This document shows, one piece after another, positions 27,885 to 37,191 of a stretch of DNA of 64,000 bases. The position numbers and the translations under genes were made by a program. The first letter of the stretch is position 1, and the number at the start of each line of letters is the position of its first letter. The notes under the pieces are model-generated. The model did not search any database, was not told where the DNA came from, and worked only from the letters and a program-made list of their open reading frames with translations. The stretch lies in NCBI GenBank assembly GCA_017938435.1, contig JAGBBO010000008.1, forward strand, positions 74,525 through 138,524. Direction: 5' to 3'. The DNA is from Alphaproteobacteria bacterium (GTDB taxonomy: Bacteria > Pseudomonadota > Alphaproteobacteria > Rs-D84 > CACZYB01).

Positions 27885-29774
27885 TTATTTTTTCTTTGCA
27901 CCGAAGGAAATACCAAATTTAATAGATCCACTTTCACCATTTTCATCTATCCAATCATGTGTTTCACCTTGGAATTGTCCAATAACTTCGGTTGGATTAT
28001 TTGCGCCATAGTAGGCTGTTGTTAAATTCTTGTTTTGTAGAGCTGTATCTAAGTCAGTGATTTTTCCTTCATCTTCTGTCATAAAGTGCTCTTTTACATT
28101 ATCAGCAATATCTTTGTTATCAGCAGTAAATGTTGCAGATTTTATGGAGCCATTTTCTGTATCAACATTGATATCATACCAATTATCAAATTTGAATTGG
28201 ATATTTTCTGCTTTATTTTCTGCATCCTTAACAGTTAAGTCAACAGTTCCAGCCAAATCCATAGAAGAGTCGTTGCCATTATGAATATTTTCTATTACTT
28301 GACCAACGGCAGTTCCTGTAAATTTTGTTCCGTTTTCTACTTTTGTAATATCGGATTTGTAATAATCATTTCCGCCATTGATTAAGTAGTAATAATATTC
28401 GTTTTCATGAGATACAGGAATATCAAGTGTGGCTTTTACATATCCAAATTGTGTATATGATAAATTAGCACTTGCACCACCAAGGACAAGGTCATAATTT
28501 ACAACAAAGTTGTTATTTTCCTTTTCAACTTTTAATTTATAACCATTGCCAAGGTCAACGAAACCTTTATTAAAATCAGTTTCAGAAATACCTTCTAAAA
28601 GTAATTTTTTAACCTTGTCAAAGTCAGCTGAACTTTCTTCATCTTTACCAATTAACGCACTTAAAAATTCGAAATCAGCACCTTCCCAATCATCAGGTCT
28701 TGACTGATTGATATAGTTAGCAAGCTCTTCAAATTTTGTTATATTGCTAACATCTGTTTTAACATTTGCATCAGTGAATATTTGATTTGATGTAGTTCTA
28801 TCCAATACACTTGTCTTTGCTGTTCCATCTTCATTTGTTATTATATTACCGTCTTTATCATACAAAAATTCGGTTCCTGTAACACCAAGAAGAGAGTTAT
28901 CTTTATAAATGCTTAAAACATTCATCTTTGTTGTTTCAGATTTACGACCAGATACAATTTTTGTTTTTTCATCTTGTTTTAAATCTTTCAATTCAAATGT
29001 TTTTGAAATATCAGTTATACGATTATTGTTATCATATTCATATAATTTTAATTCTACAGCAACAGCATTTCCATTTTCATCAGTAACAAATTTTAATTCT
29101 GGATCTTTGTCAGCGTCGGAAGCAATAACAGCGGTTAATCCCCATTTGAAATCAGTGTCAAGTTTGAATGATTTTGCTTGGAATGTTGTTTCTTTTGCCT
29201 CAACACTTTCTTTTATTTTATCTAATTTTGAGATAAAAGTATCAAGAACTTTGTCTGCTTCTTTTGTAATATTTTCAGCTTCTTCTTTGCTAACAAAAAT
29301 AGAAACACCTTCTTTGATTACATTTGTAAGGATATCATCTTGCTTTTTTTCGGTAAATTTTTCAGCAATTTTTTCTAGTTTATCTTGTGCAGATTTAAGC
29401 CATTTTGCATAGATTTGAATAAGGTTATATTTCATTTCTGTTTCTGTTAATTCAGATGACTTTTTCCAGTTTGTAGTTGTTGCACGACGATGAGATTTTG
29501 CACTGCGATTTGTATTTTCATCAGTTGATGAGAAAATTTCATTATCTATTTCAACTATGGTATCATAGTTTGAAGTATCTATTTCATCACCGATATTTTG
29601 TTCTGCTTTTGCAATGATATCTTTTGAATTATCTTTTTCCACAGCAAGTTTTTGTTTTGATTGTTCGCGAATATTAACGGTTGTAGAACTAGGCAATGTA
29701 GAAACAGGGGAATTTCCACCACCACAAGCAGTAAGTGTTAAAAGCAATACAGTTAAACTAACTTTATTTTTCAT
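27885..29774 (-). CDS. surface lipoprotein with TbpB/fHbp-like C-terminal handle-barrel domain (candidate Slam-dependent SLP)
   Basis: 629 aa. Lipobox LTACGGGNS. Long charged coiled-coil-like middle region. The C-terminus carries the TbpB_B_D-like signatures (SYTQFGYV...YYYYLINGG...GTKFTGTAVGQV... and terminal GSIKFGISFGAKKK). Confidence 0.6.
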   Translation of the reverse strand: MKNKVSLTVLLLTLTACGGGNSPVSTLPSSTTVNIREQSKQKLAVEKDNSKDIIAKAEQNIGDEIDTSNYDTIVEIDNEIFSSTDENTNRSAKSHRRATTTNWKKSSELTETEMKYNLIQIYAKWLKSAQDKLEKIAEKFTEKKQDDILTNVIKEGVSIFVSKEEAENITKEADKVLDTFISKLDKIKESVEAKETTFQAKSFKLDTDFKWGLTAVIASDADKDPELKFVTDENGNAVAVELKLYEYDNNNRITDISKTFELKDLKQDEKTKIVSGRKSETTKMNVLSIYKDNSLLGVTGTEFLYDKDGNIITNEDGTAKTSVLDRTTSNQIFTDANVKTDVSNITKFEELANYINQSRPDDWEGADFEFLSALIGKDEESSADFDKVKKLLLEGISETDFNKGFVDLGNGYKLKVEKENNNFVVNYDLVLGGASANLSYTQFGYVKATLDIPVSHENEYYYYLINGGNDYYKSDITKVENGTKFTGTAVGQVIENIHNGNDSSMDLAGTVDLTVKDAENKAENIQFKFDNWYDINVDTENGSIKSATFTADNKDIADNVKEHFMTEDEGKITDLDTALQNKNLTTAYYGANNPTEVIGQFQGETHDWIDENGESGSIKFGISFGAKKK

Positions 29775-29954
29775 AATAAATTCCTTTTTTTTGTTTATAT
29801 TTTACCCTTTATATTGAAGAAAAAAGGGTGGTTTAATTTTCAATATCTTTTAAAAAATAAAATTGGCTATTTTTAGGAATTTTCTTGCAAAAATATTCCT
29901 TTTAATTATACTTAATTTTAAACCACCATTTAATTTATATTCTTATTTGAGAAA

Positions 29955-30147
29955 AATTATTGACAAATCAAAGACTTTGATGTATATTCTTTGCTACCGA
30001 GAAAGTAGAACTGAGTAAGGTGTCTCCCACCTGATAAGGCTCTCAGCCACCTTGAAAAAGGAATGGACTATCGGACAAACCCAAGGTAATCGCTCAATTA
30101 TCTTGTAAAATAAACCGCCCATTTGGGCATAACTAAGGAGACTAACT
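29955..30147 (+). promoter_or_regulatory. rpsD promoter (TTGACA...TATATT with embedded palindrome TCAAAGACTTTGA) and ~150-nt GC-richer structured leader
   Basis: Consensus -35 element, a palindrome in the spacer, a hairpin cgcccatttgggc, and an RBS aaggag 8 nt before the TTG start. Confidence 0.4.
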
Positions 30148-30765
30148 TTGAGTAAAAGATTAGAAACTAAACATAAACTTGACCGTCGCTATGGTGTAAA
30201 TACATGGGGTAGGGCAAAATCACCTGTTAATAAAAGAAAGTATAAACCAGGACAACATGGTCCAGTTGCTCATTCAAAAAGAACTGACTATGGAACACAG
30301 TTGTCTGCTAAACAGCTTTTGAAAGGTTATTATGGAAATATTTCTGAAAAGAAATTCCGTTCATACTATGATGAAGCTATGCGTAGAACTGGTGATACTG
30401 CAAGTGAAATTATTGCACAACTTGAATCAAGACTTGATGCAATAGTTTATCGTGCAAATTTTGTGCCAACAGTATTTGCTGCTCGTCAAGTTGTAAGCCA
30501 TGGACATATCTTGGTTAATGGAAAACGTGTAAACATTCCTTCTTACCAAGTAAAAGTTGGTGATGTTGTTACTTTGAAAGAAAGTGCAAGAAATATTCCA
30601 ATGGTTGTTCAAGCTAAAAACAACAAAGAACGCGAAGTTCCTGATTATGTATCTGTTAATGATAAATATGAAGCAACTTTTGTTCGTATTCCTACACTTG
30701 AAGAAGTTCCATATCCAGTGAAGATGGAACCAAATTTGGTTGTGGAATTCTACTCTCGTCAATAA
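30148..30765 (+). CDS. rpsD: 30S ribosomal protein S4 (TTG start)
   Basis: 205 aa with a conserved N-terminus ([17 protein letters not shown]) and an S4 RNA-binding domain. Confidence 0.9.
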   Translation: MSKRLETKHKLDRRYGVNTWGRAKSPVNKRKYKPGQHGPVAHSKRTDYGTQLSAKQLLKGYYGNISEKKFRSYYDEAMRRTGDTASEIIAQLESRLDAIVYRANFVPTVFAARQVVSHGHILVNGKRVNIPSYQVKVGDVVTLKESARNIPMVVQAKNNKEREVPDYVSVNDKYEATFVRIPTLEEVPYPVKMEPNLVVEFYSRQ

Positions 30766-30942
30766 TTGTCAGAGTGCAAAAAAATTATTCCCTGCCTATT
30801 GGTGGGGAATTTTTTTGTAAAAATATATTGACAATACAAAAAATTTGTTTATAATCTGAAAAATTATGAGTTTTTTCTTATTGATTAAACTATAAAAAGG
30901 TATATAGTTTGACAATATTTTAAATTATATGGAGAATAAAAA

Positions 30943-31278
30943 ATGAAACATTATACTAATAAAAAAATTTTTAATAATATAAATTCACAAGTAAGTAAAA
31001 CTTCGGTTGTTTCTTACATTAAAGATAATAGTTTTAAAAAAGAAAATAATTGCGAAGAGTGTAATATCTATTGTGGAAATTCAGTTGATTGCTATCCTTG
31101 TCTTTTGGCTGATGCAAAATCAAGACAAGAACTTGATACAATTATTTCAAAAAATAAAACAGAACATATTTACAAATACTTAGAAGTTCTTCAAACAAAT
31201 GCAATGTTGCATGATGATTTGGTTTCTAAAAGATTGGCAGATATTGTTGAATCTGCAATGTTTTTAAAACTTCTTTAA
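30943..31278 (+). CDS. small hypothetical Cys-containing protein
   Basis: 111 aa with a CEECNIYCGNSVDCYPC cluster. Preceded by a TTGACA..TATAAT promoter at ~30828-30860. Confidence 0.4.
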   Translation: MKHYTNKKIFNNINSQVSKTSVVSYIKDNSFKKENNCEECNIYCGNSVDCYPCLLADAKSRQELDTIISKNKTEHIYKYLEVLQTNAMLHDDLVSKRLADIVESAMFLKLL

Positions 31279-31967
31279 TCTTTTCTTGTAAGATTTAGTT
31301 TTTTCACAAGTTCGGCCGCAACAAGTTGTTCGGCCTCTTTTCTTGAGGTTCCTTCGGCCTTTGCAGTTACGCCAGTTACTGTTGCCATAACAAGAAATGT
31401 TGGTGAATGGGCAGGGCCGTTTTTGGAAATCAAAATATATTCAGGATGTGATCCATCTATTTTTTGAGTATATTCTTGTAATGTTGTTTTAAAATCTTTT
31501 ATTGGAGTTTTTGATGATTCAACTCGTTTTTTCCAAAGATGTTCAACAATACGAAATGCGGTGTCAAAATCACTATCCATTAAAATTGCACCAAGAATTG
31601 CTTCTACACAATCTGCAAGAATATTTCTGTTTTTATATCCTTGACGGCGTTGTTCTTGGGAACCGACCTCTATTAAATAAGGGAGGAATAGTTCTTCTGC
31701 TACTGATGCGCATGTTTTTGCAGATACAAGATTTGCGTGTCTGATTGCAAGAGAACCTTCATCTTCTTCGGGATATGTTTCATATAGCATTTTTGCTACG
31801 GAAAGTCCAAGAACGCGATCTCCTAGAAATTCAAGGCGTTCATTATTTTCAGATTTATCCTTTGTCACACTGGAGTGGGTAAGTGCTTTTTTATACAAAG
31901 CAACTTGATTAAATGTGTAGCCAAGTATTTTACAAAATTCTTCGTAATTCATTTCTATTTTTGCCAT
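31275..31967 (-). CDS. rnc: ribonuclease III
   Basis: RNase III signature ERLEFLGDRVLGL plus a C-terminal dsRBD. Confidence 0.9.
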   Translation of the reverse strand: MAKIEMNYEEFCKILGYTFNQVALYKKALTHSSVTKDKSENNERLEFLGDRVLGLSVAKMLYETYPEEDEGSLAIRHANLVSAKTCASVAEELFLPYLIEVGSQEQRRQGYKNRNILADCVEAILGAILMDSDFDTAFRIVEHLWKKRVESSKTPIKDFKTTLQEYTQKIDGSHPEYILISKNGPAHSPTFLVMATVTGVTAKAEGTSRKEAEQLVAAELVKKLNLTRKD

Positions 31968-31976
31968 AATAACACC

Positions 31977-32876
31977 TTATCTTATTATCTTTAATAGTCG
32001 ATTATATCTTATTGGATGGAAGTATTTCCAAAATTCCAATATATTTACAGAATTGTTGTGTGAGAAAAATATTATTTCGGCACGACCGATTAAATCTCTT
32101 TTATGAATATATCCTACTTCGTTTAAAAATCTACTATCTTCGGACATATCACGGTTATCTCCCATCATAAAAAAGTGATCTTCTGGAACAATATATTCTT
32201 TTGTATTATCAGCGATTTCATTATCACTTATTTCCAAAATTTCAAAAGATTTTCCATTTGGAAGAGTTTGTTTATATTTATTAAGTTCAATAGCTTCGCC
32301 CTGAAAATTTTTAGTATTTTTGTAAACAATAGTATATTGACTATCTTTTAATTGACGGCCGTTTAAATATAATTTTTTTGTATCTATAACAGTTAATACC
32401 TGACCTGTTACGGTATTTATTGTAAGACTGTCTGACTTTCTTAAAGAATAAGGAAGATTTATTATATAGAATTTTTCGATAAATTCGCGTTTTAAAGCTG
32501 TTCCATTTATATGCAAAATTCCATTTTTCATTTGAATTTTATCACCTGGAAGTCCAATCAATCTTTTTATGTAATTATCAGGGTGACCTTTTATTTTTTT
32601 AAAAACGATTACGTCACCAGCTTTTGGCATAGTTTCAAAAATTCGATTTTTTACAAGTGGTAAAGAAAATGGAAATGATTGTCTTGAATATCCATATGAT
32701 GTTTTTGAAACGAATAAATGATCCCCAACGAAGAGGTTTGGAATCATAGAATCAGATGGAATGTGAAATGGTTCTATTAAAAATGTTCTTATTAGTATAG
32801 CAAACAATCCAGCCCAAAGTATAGCCTTTATTGTGTCAGAAAATTCGTTTTTTATTCTTTTACTTCTTTTTGCCAT
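31977..32876 (-). CDS. lepB: signal peptidase I
   Basis: N-terminal TM. Catalytic Ser and Lys boxes (PSDSMIPNL...GDHLFV; KRLIGLPGD; GDNRDMSEDSR). Confidence 0.85.
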   Translation of the reverse strand: MAKRSKRIKNEFSDTIKAILWAGLFAILIRTFLIEPFHIPSDSMIPNLFVGDHLFVSKTSYGYSRQSFPFSLPLVKNRIFETMPKAGDVIVFKKIKGHPDNYIKRLIGLPGDKIQMKNGILHINGTALKREFIEKFYIINLPYSLRKSDSLTINTVTGQVLTVIDTKKLYLNGRQLKDSQYTIVYKNTKNFQGEAIELNKYKQTLPNGKSFEILEISDNEIADNTKEYIVPEDHFFMMGDNRDMSEDSRFLNEVGYIHKRDLIGRAEIIFFSHNNSVNILEFWKYFHPIRYNRLLKIIR

Positions 32877-33278
32877 TTAGTTTTCCTTTTCAATAATAAC
32901 AAAAGCAGTTGCAGTTGGATAGTCATCGGAAAGACTTAAATAAAAGTTTAATCCATTTCCAAAATGATTTTCAACATATTCTTTTGTTGTATTTTTTATT
33001 TTTATATAAGGTTTTCCGAGTTCGTTTGAAAGTATTTGAATATCTTTTAAATTTATACCAAAACGAAACCCAGTTCCCAATGCTTTTACAAATGCTTCCT
33101 TTGCCGCAAAAAATTTGGCGTATTTTGAAGCAAGTTGTTTAGAATTTAGTTCGCAATTTTCGTATTTTTTGAATTCTTCAATAGAAAAATATTTATCAAG
33201 AAATAAAGTAGGATGAGTCACAAGAATTTTTTCAATTCTTGGAATTTGAATTACATCTGTTCCTATTCCAATAATCAT
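32877..33278 (-). CDS. acpS: holo-[acyl-carrier-protein] synthase
   Basis: 133 aa with an N-terminus MIIGIGTDVIQIPRI and an AAKEAFVKALG motif. Confidence 0.85.
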   Translation of the reverse strand: MIIGIGTDVIQIPRIEKILVTHPTLFLDKYFSIEEFKKYENCELNSKQLASKYAKFFAAKEAFVKALGTGFRFGINLKDIQILSNELGKPYIKIKNTTKEYVENHFGNGLNFYLSLSDDYPTATAFVIIEKEN

Positions 33279-33847
33279 TTAGACATCCTTTTCTTTATCT
33301 TTTTAAGTTTCATTTCTTTGTATTCAGTTAGTGATTTGAATACAAATTTATATGTTATAATACCACTTAAAATAGCAATTATTATTCCACCCAAAAGCAT
33401 AGGGTAAAGAATTGAAGTGATATAATTACCCATAACTTCCCAATTAGAATTTGAAAACGCATTTTTTATTTCAATAATTATGTTGGAAAATGAAGCACTA
33501 TCAATAGTATCATTTGATAAGAAAATATTTCCCAATTTATAATCTGCAAACCAAATAAATGGAAAAGTTAGTGGATTTCCAACTATTGTGAAAAGCATAC
33601 TTGCAGTTAGATTTGCCTGAAATATAAAATCAAATACAACAGTTAAAATTAGTTGAAGTCCAAAAAGTGGTGTTATTGCAATAGAAAGTCCGAATGCAGC
33701 ACCAAGTGCAACAGAATGAATATCACCTTTTAATCTGAATAATCTTTTAAGTAAATATTTATATGCGCGCATCAATCCCTTTTTCGGGTGTATAAAATTT
33801 TTTAATTTTTCAAGTTTTGTTAATTCTTTTTTTCTTTTAAATAGCAT
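33275..33847 (-). CDS. DUF2062-like membrane protein
   Basis: 190 aa, basic N-terminus followed by 3 TM segments. Its stop overlaps acpS. Confidence 0.5.
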   Translation of the reverse strand: MLFKRKKELTKLEKLKNFIHPKKGLMRAYKYLLKRLFRLKGDIHSVALGAAFGLSIAITPLFGLQLILTVVFDFIFQANLTASMLFTIVGNPLTFPFIWFADYKLGNIFLSNDTIDSASFSNIIIEIKNAFSNSNWEVMGNYITSILYPMLLGGIIIAILSGIITYKFVFKSLTEYKEMKLKKIKKRMSK

Positions 33848-34298
33848 TTTCTTCCTCTGGTTTGTTGGTTTCAGGTTGAGGAAGTTCTATTTTAGGAAGG
33901 TTAGGGTCGTTTTTACATTCAAGAAGCCAAATGTCATAATTAGGATGTTCCATTGCGACAAGACTTGGGGATGATGAAAACATCCAACCAGAGAAAATAA
34001 CTTTGCCCTTTGAAACGGAATTTAATTCTTCTTTGAATGAAGTATTTGTTTCATTTACTTTTAAAAAAGCAGAGTTTTCAGGTGTTTCATCTTCTGGTCG
34101 TGTATAGCAAGAAAATACTTTTATTAAAATATTTTCAAACATTTGTTCTTCACCAACAGGAATTTCAATATCTTTTGTTTTTCCAGTCTGTTTATTTAAT
34201 GCACGAATCAAAGCCTTGTTTTGAGGAAGGTTTGTAAACGCATTTGCAATATTGGATGCAAACAAAAAAATGGCAAATAAATAAACAATCTTTTTCAT
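33837..34298 (-). CDS. secreted hypothetical protein (DUF2155-like?)
   Basis: 153 aa with a signal peptide ending ANAF. Acidic, Pro-rich C-terminus. Confidence 0.45.
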   Translation of the reverse strand: MKKIVYLFAIFLFASNIANAFTNLPQNKALIRALNKQTGKTKDIEIPVGEEQMFENILIKVFSCYTRPEDETPENSAFLKVNETNTSFKEELNSVSKGKVIFSGWMFSSSPSLVAMEHPNYDIWLLECKNDPNLPKIELPQPETNKPEEENAI

Positions 34299-34302
34299 AA
34301 AA

Positions 34303-34830
34303 CTATTCCTTTGGATTTTCCTTGAATATTAAGTCACCGATAATTTCTTCTATTGGTTTGAATGGAACGGATTTTATTTTTCCATTTGGTTTTAAAAGTT
34401 CCTTATCGTTTCCAATTTCAAGTTTTATATATTTATCCCCAATGATTCCATAAGTGGAAATTTTTGCTATGGTGTTTTCTGGAAATTTATATCTGGAATC
34501 AATAGACATCATTACATCAACAGAAAAATCATCAGGATTTAATTTTGTTTCTATAACTGAACCAACCTTTACCCCATTAACGGAAACATCAGACCCACGA
34601 GTAAGCCCACCAATAGATGCAAAATTTGTAAATAGATTATATCCAGAAATATTATTTGTTTTTGCAGTTAATATTCCCCAAATAAGGAAGTAAAACGCAA
34701 TAAACAAAATTGCAAAACCCGATATGGTTTCAAGAGGATTCTTATTTTTTGTAAGGGTTATAAAGAAATCAAAAAAAGCCTTTGAAAAATTTTCGTGAAA
34801 TTTTTTAAAATTTGTAACTTTTTTTTCCAT
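34303..34830 (-). CDS. mlaD: MlaD-like Mce-domain protein (outer membrane lipid asymmetry)
   Basis: 175 aa with an N-terminal TM and an Mce motif (GLTRGSDVSVNGVKVGSVIETKL). Confidence 0.6.
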   Translation of the reverse strand: MEKKVTNFKKFHENFSKAFFDFFITLTKNKNPLETISGFAILFIAFYFLIWGILTAKTNNISGYNLFTNFASIGGLTRGSDVSVNGVKVGSVIETKLNPDDFSVDVMMSIDSRYKFPENTIAKISTYGIIGDKYIKLEIGNDKELLKPNGKIKSVPFKPIEEIIGDLIFKENPKE

Positions 34831-34889
34831 CTTATAACCCCCACAATTATCTATATATGTTATTAAAAGTCAAAATATGTCAAAGACAC

Positions 34890-35282
34890 TTATTTTGCTT
34901 CTTGAGCTTCTTTAGCTTTTTGAGCAGAAGCAAGATCTTCAGCAATTCTTGCCTTTTTACCAAACAATGAACGTAGGTAATAAAGTTTTGCACGTCTTAC
35001 TTTACCATATTTAACAAGTTCGATTTTTGCAACATTTGGAGAATAAAGTGGAAATACTTTTTCAACACCTTCTCCAAATGAAATTTTACGAACAGTAAAT
35101 GAAGAGTTGATACCGTCATTTTTTCTTGCGATACATACACCTTCAAACATCTGTATTCTTTCATTTTTACCTTCAATAACTTTTGTGTGAACTTTTACAG
35201 TATCACCAGCCTTGAAGTTTGGAATTTTATGAGTTGATAACTTTTCAATATTTTTCTTTTCGATAAGTTTTAGTAAGTTCAT
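34890..35282 (-). CDS. rplS: 50S ribosomal protein L19
   Basis: 130 aa. The conserved L19 sequence and trmD-rplS synteny. Confidence 0.9.
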   Translation of the reverse strand: MNLLKLIEKKNIEKLSTHKIPNFKAGDTVKVHTKVIEGKNERIQMFEGVCIARKNDGINSSFTVRKISFGEGVEKVFPLYSPNVAKIELVKYGKVRRAKLYYLRSLFGKKARIAEDLASAQKAKEAQEAK

Positions 35283-35328
35283 TTTTTTACCTTTCTTTTA
35301 ATATGTTGTTATAATACTTTATTGTTTT

Positions 35329-36045
35329 TTAAAATTCAATATCTTTTGTTAGTAAATCAGGCCTATTTTTCTTTGTTATTTCAAGAGATTTTTGATAACG
35401 CCATTCGTTAATATTTTTATGATGACCGGACTTTAATACTTCTGGAACAGGCATACCATTCCATACTTCTGGTCTTGTGTAATGTGGATATTCAAGAAGT
35501 CCATTAAGAGCAGGGCTAAAACTTTCTTCTTCAAGAGAGATACTAGACCCAAGCACATTTGGAAGTAATCTTGTAATACTATCTATTATAGGCAAAAGAG
35601 CATATTCTCCACCAGATAGAACAAAATCACCAATACTAATTTCTTGTATATTATAATATTCAATTACACGCTCATCGATACCTTCGTAATGTCCACAAAT
35701 GAAAGTTGTTTCACTTTCACAAGATAGAGTTTCAGCCATTTGTTGATTGAATACTTTACCGCGTGGAGATAGGTATATTATTGAACCTTTTGGGTTATCC
35801 TTGTTATAAACACTTTCTATTGCACGACCAAGAACATCAGGTTTTATTACTTGACCAGCACCGCCACCATAAGGAGCATCGTCAACTGTTTTATAATTAT
35901 CAGTTGCAAAATCCCTTATATTAACAATATTTAACCTAACAATATCCTTTTCAATGGCACGTTTGCAAATGGAACAATCCAATGCAGAAAATACCTCAGG
36001 AAATAAGGTTAAAATATTAGTCTGCCAACAAGTGTTCTGTGTCAA
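35329..36045 (-). CDS. trmD: tRNA (guanine37-N1)-methyltransferase
   Basis: 238 aa with a TrmD SPOUT fold (YLSPRG, GHYEGIDERV, SIGDFVLSGGE). Confidence 0.9.
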   Translation of the reverse strand: MTQNTCWQTNILTLFPEVFSALDCSICKRAIEKDIVRLNIVNIRDFATDNYKTVDDAPYGGGAGQVIKPDVLGRAIESVYNKDNPKGSIIYLSPRGKVFNQQMAETLSCESETTFICGHYEGIDERVIEYYNIQEISIGDFVLSGGEYALLPIIDSITRLLPNVLGSSISLEEESFSPALNGLLEYPHYTRPEVWNGMPVPEVLKSGHHKNINEWRYQKSLEITKKNRPDLLTKDIEF

Positions 36046-36526
36046 TTTTTAAAGTTCCTTGTTCATTATTTTGATCAATTATTGAATTTTCGTTATATGA
36101 TAAAAGTGCAGTTTTTTCCCTTCCATACAACTGTATTTCAAGGATATCACCAGCGCCATAATTAAGAATATCAACAACTTCACCAATTTCTTTTGAATCA
36201 TTATTTAATATCTTAAATCCTATAAGATCAGAAAGAAGAATTTCATCACTATCTTCATCAATAATAGATGATTTTAGTGTAAATATTTCAGTTCCTTTTA
36301 ATCCTTCGGCAGTGGTTCTATCATTAACGCCATCAATATGTGCAATTATAACATCAGAATTTCCAGCACTTCTTAATTTTATTTTAAGTTCGGAATCATC
36401 AGATTTTAATAGTGGAGTGTATGAACAAACATCGGCAGGATTCATTGTAAAAGATTTGACTTTTACATCACCCTTTATGCCATGAGCGTTCACAATTTTC
36501 CCAATTAAAACTTTATCTGATGTCAT
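36017..36526 (-). CDS. rimM: 16S rRNA processing protein RimM
   Basis: 169 aa with an N-terminal GKIVNAHGIKGDVKV motif and a PRC barrel. Overlaps the trmD start. Confidence 0.85.
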   Translation of the reverse strand: MTSDKVLIGKIVNAHGIKGDVKVKSFTMNPADVCSYTPLLKSDDSELKIKLRSAGNSDVIIAHIDGVNDRTTAEGLKGTEIFTLKSSIIDEDSDEILLSDLIGFKILNNDSKEIGEVVDILNYGAGDILEIQLYGREKTALLSYNENSIIDQNNEQGTLKIDTEHLLAD

Positions 36527-36552
36527 TTTGACCCTTTACTAATTAACCCTTA

Positions 36553-36996
36553 TTAAGCAGCAGGAGTTTCTTCTGTTGCAGGAGCTTCGGCTGGAGCAGC
36601 TTCAAATTCAGCTTTTGCTTGTTCTTCTGCTTGTTTTTTAGCTTCTTCTGCAGCAGCAAGTTTTTCAGCTAGTGCTTTTGCTCTTTCTTGTGCTTTTGCT
36701 TTTGGAAGAGGTTTTTTAGTTTGTTTTGTGTTAACAACATATTTTCCTGCTAAACCAGCATCACTTAAAAATCTTGCAACTTTATCAGTTGTTTGAGCAC
36801 CTTGTGAAAGCCAGTATTTAATTCTGTCTGCTACTAATACGATGCGTTTTTCATCTTCACGAGCAAGCATTGGATTATATGTTCCAACTTTTTCGATAAA
36901 ACTTCCATCACGAGCGTTACGGCTGTTTGCAACAACGATGTGATAGAATGGACGTTTTTTTGTTCCTTTTCTAGATAATCTAATTTTTACTGACAT
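36553..36996 (-). CDS. rpsP: 30S ribosomal protein S16 with Ala/Glu/Lys-rich C-terminal extension
   Basis: N-terminus [23 protein letters not shown]. The C-terminal low-complexity tail is typical of alphaproteobacteria. Confidence 0.9.
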   Translation of the reverse strand: MSVKIRLSRKGTKKRPFYHIVVANSRNARDGSFIEKVGTYNPMLAREDEKRIVLVADRIKYWLSQGAQTTDKVARFLSDAGLAGKYVVNTKQTKKPLPKAKAQERAKALAEKLAAAEEAKKQAEEQAKAEFEAAPAEAPATEETPAA

Positions 36997-37146
36997 ATTT
37001 TTATCCTTTCAGTTTTGTTTAATATATAGCAAAAAACCGATAAAGAGTGAAAACTCACCGTTTACCGTAGTCCAATTTCCCATATTCATAATATCTGGAA
37101 ATCGGAGTTATGATAGCATTATCAAATGGATAAGTCAAGAAAAATA

Positions 37147-37175
37147 AAACCTCCCTGTTGGGGGAGGTTTTATTC
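37147..37175. terminator. bidirectional rho-independent terminator
   Basis: aaaacctccctgttgggggaggtttt. Lies between convergent ends (rpsP operon start side / dsbA-like end). Confidence 0.6.
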
Positions 37176-37191
37176 TTTGTTTTCATAAATT

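Noticed and set aside
36553-36996. Low-complexity Ala/Glu/Lys tail of rpsP as a separate gene or fusion
   Set aside because: It is continuous in frame with S16. Such tails are a known feature of alphaproteobacterial S16.
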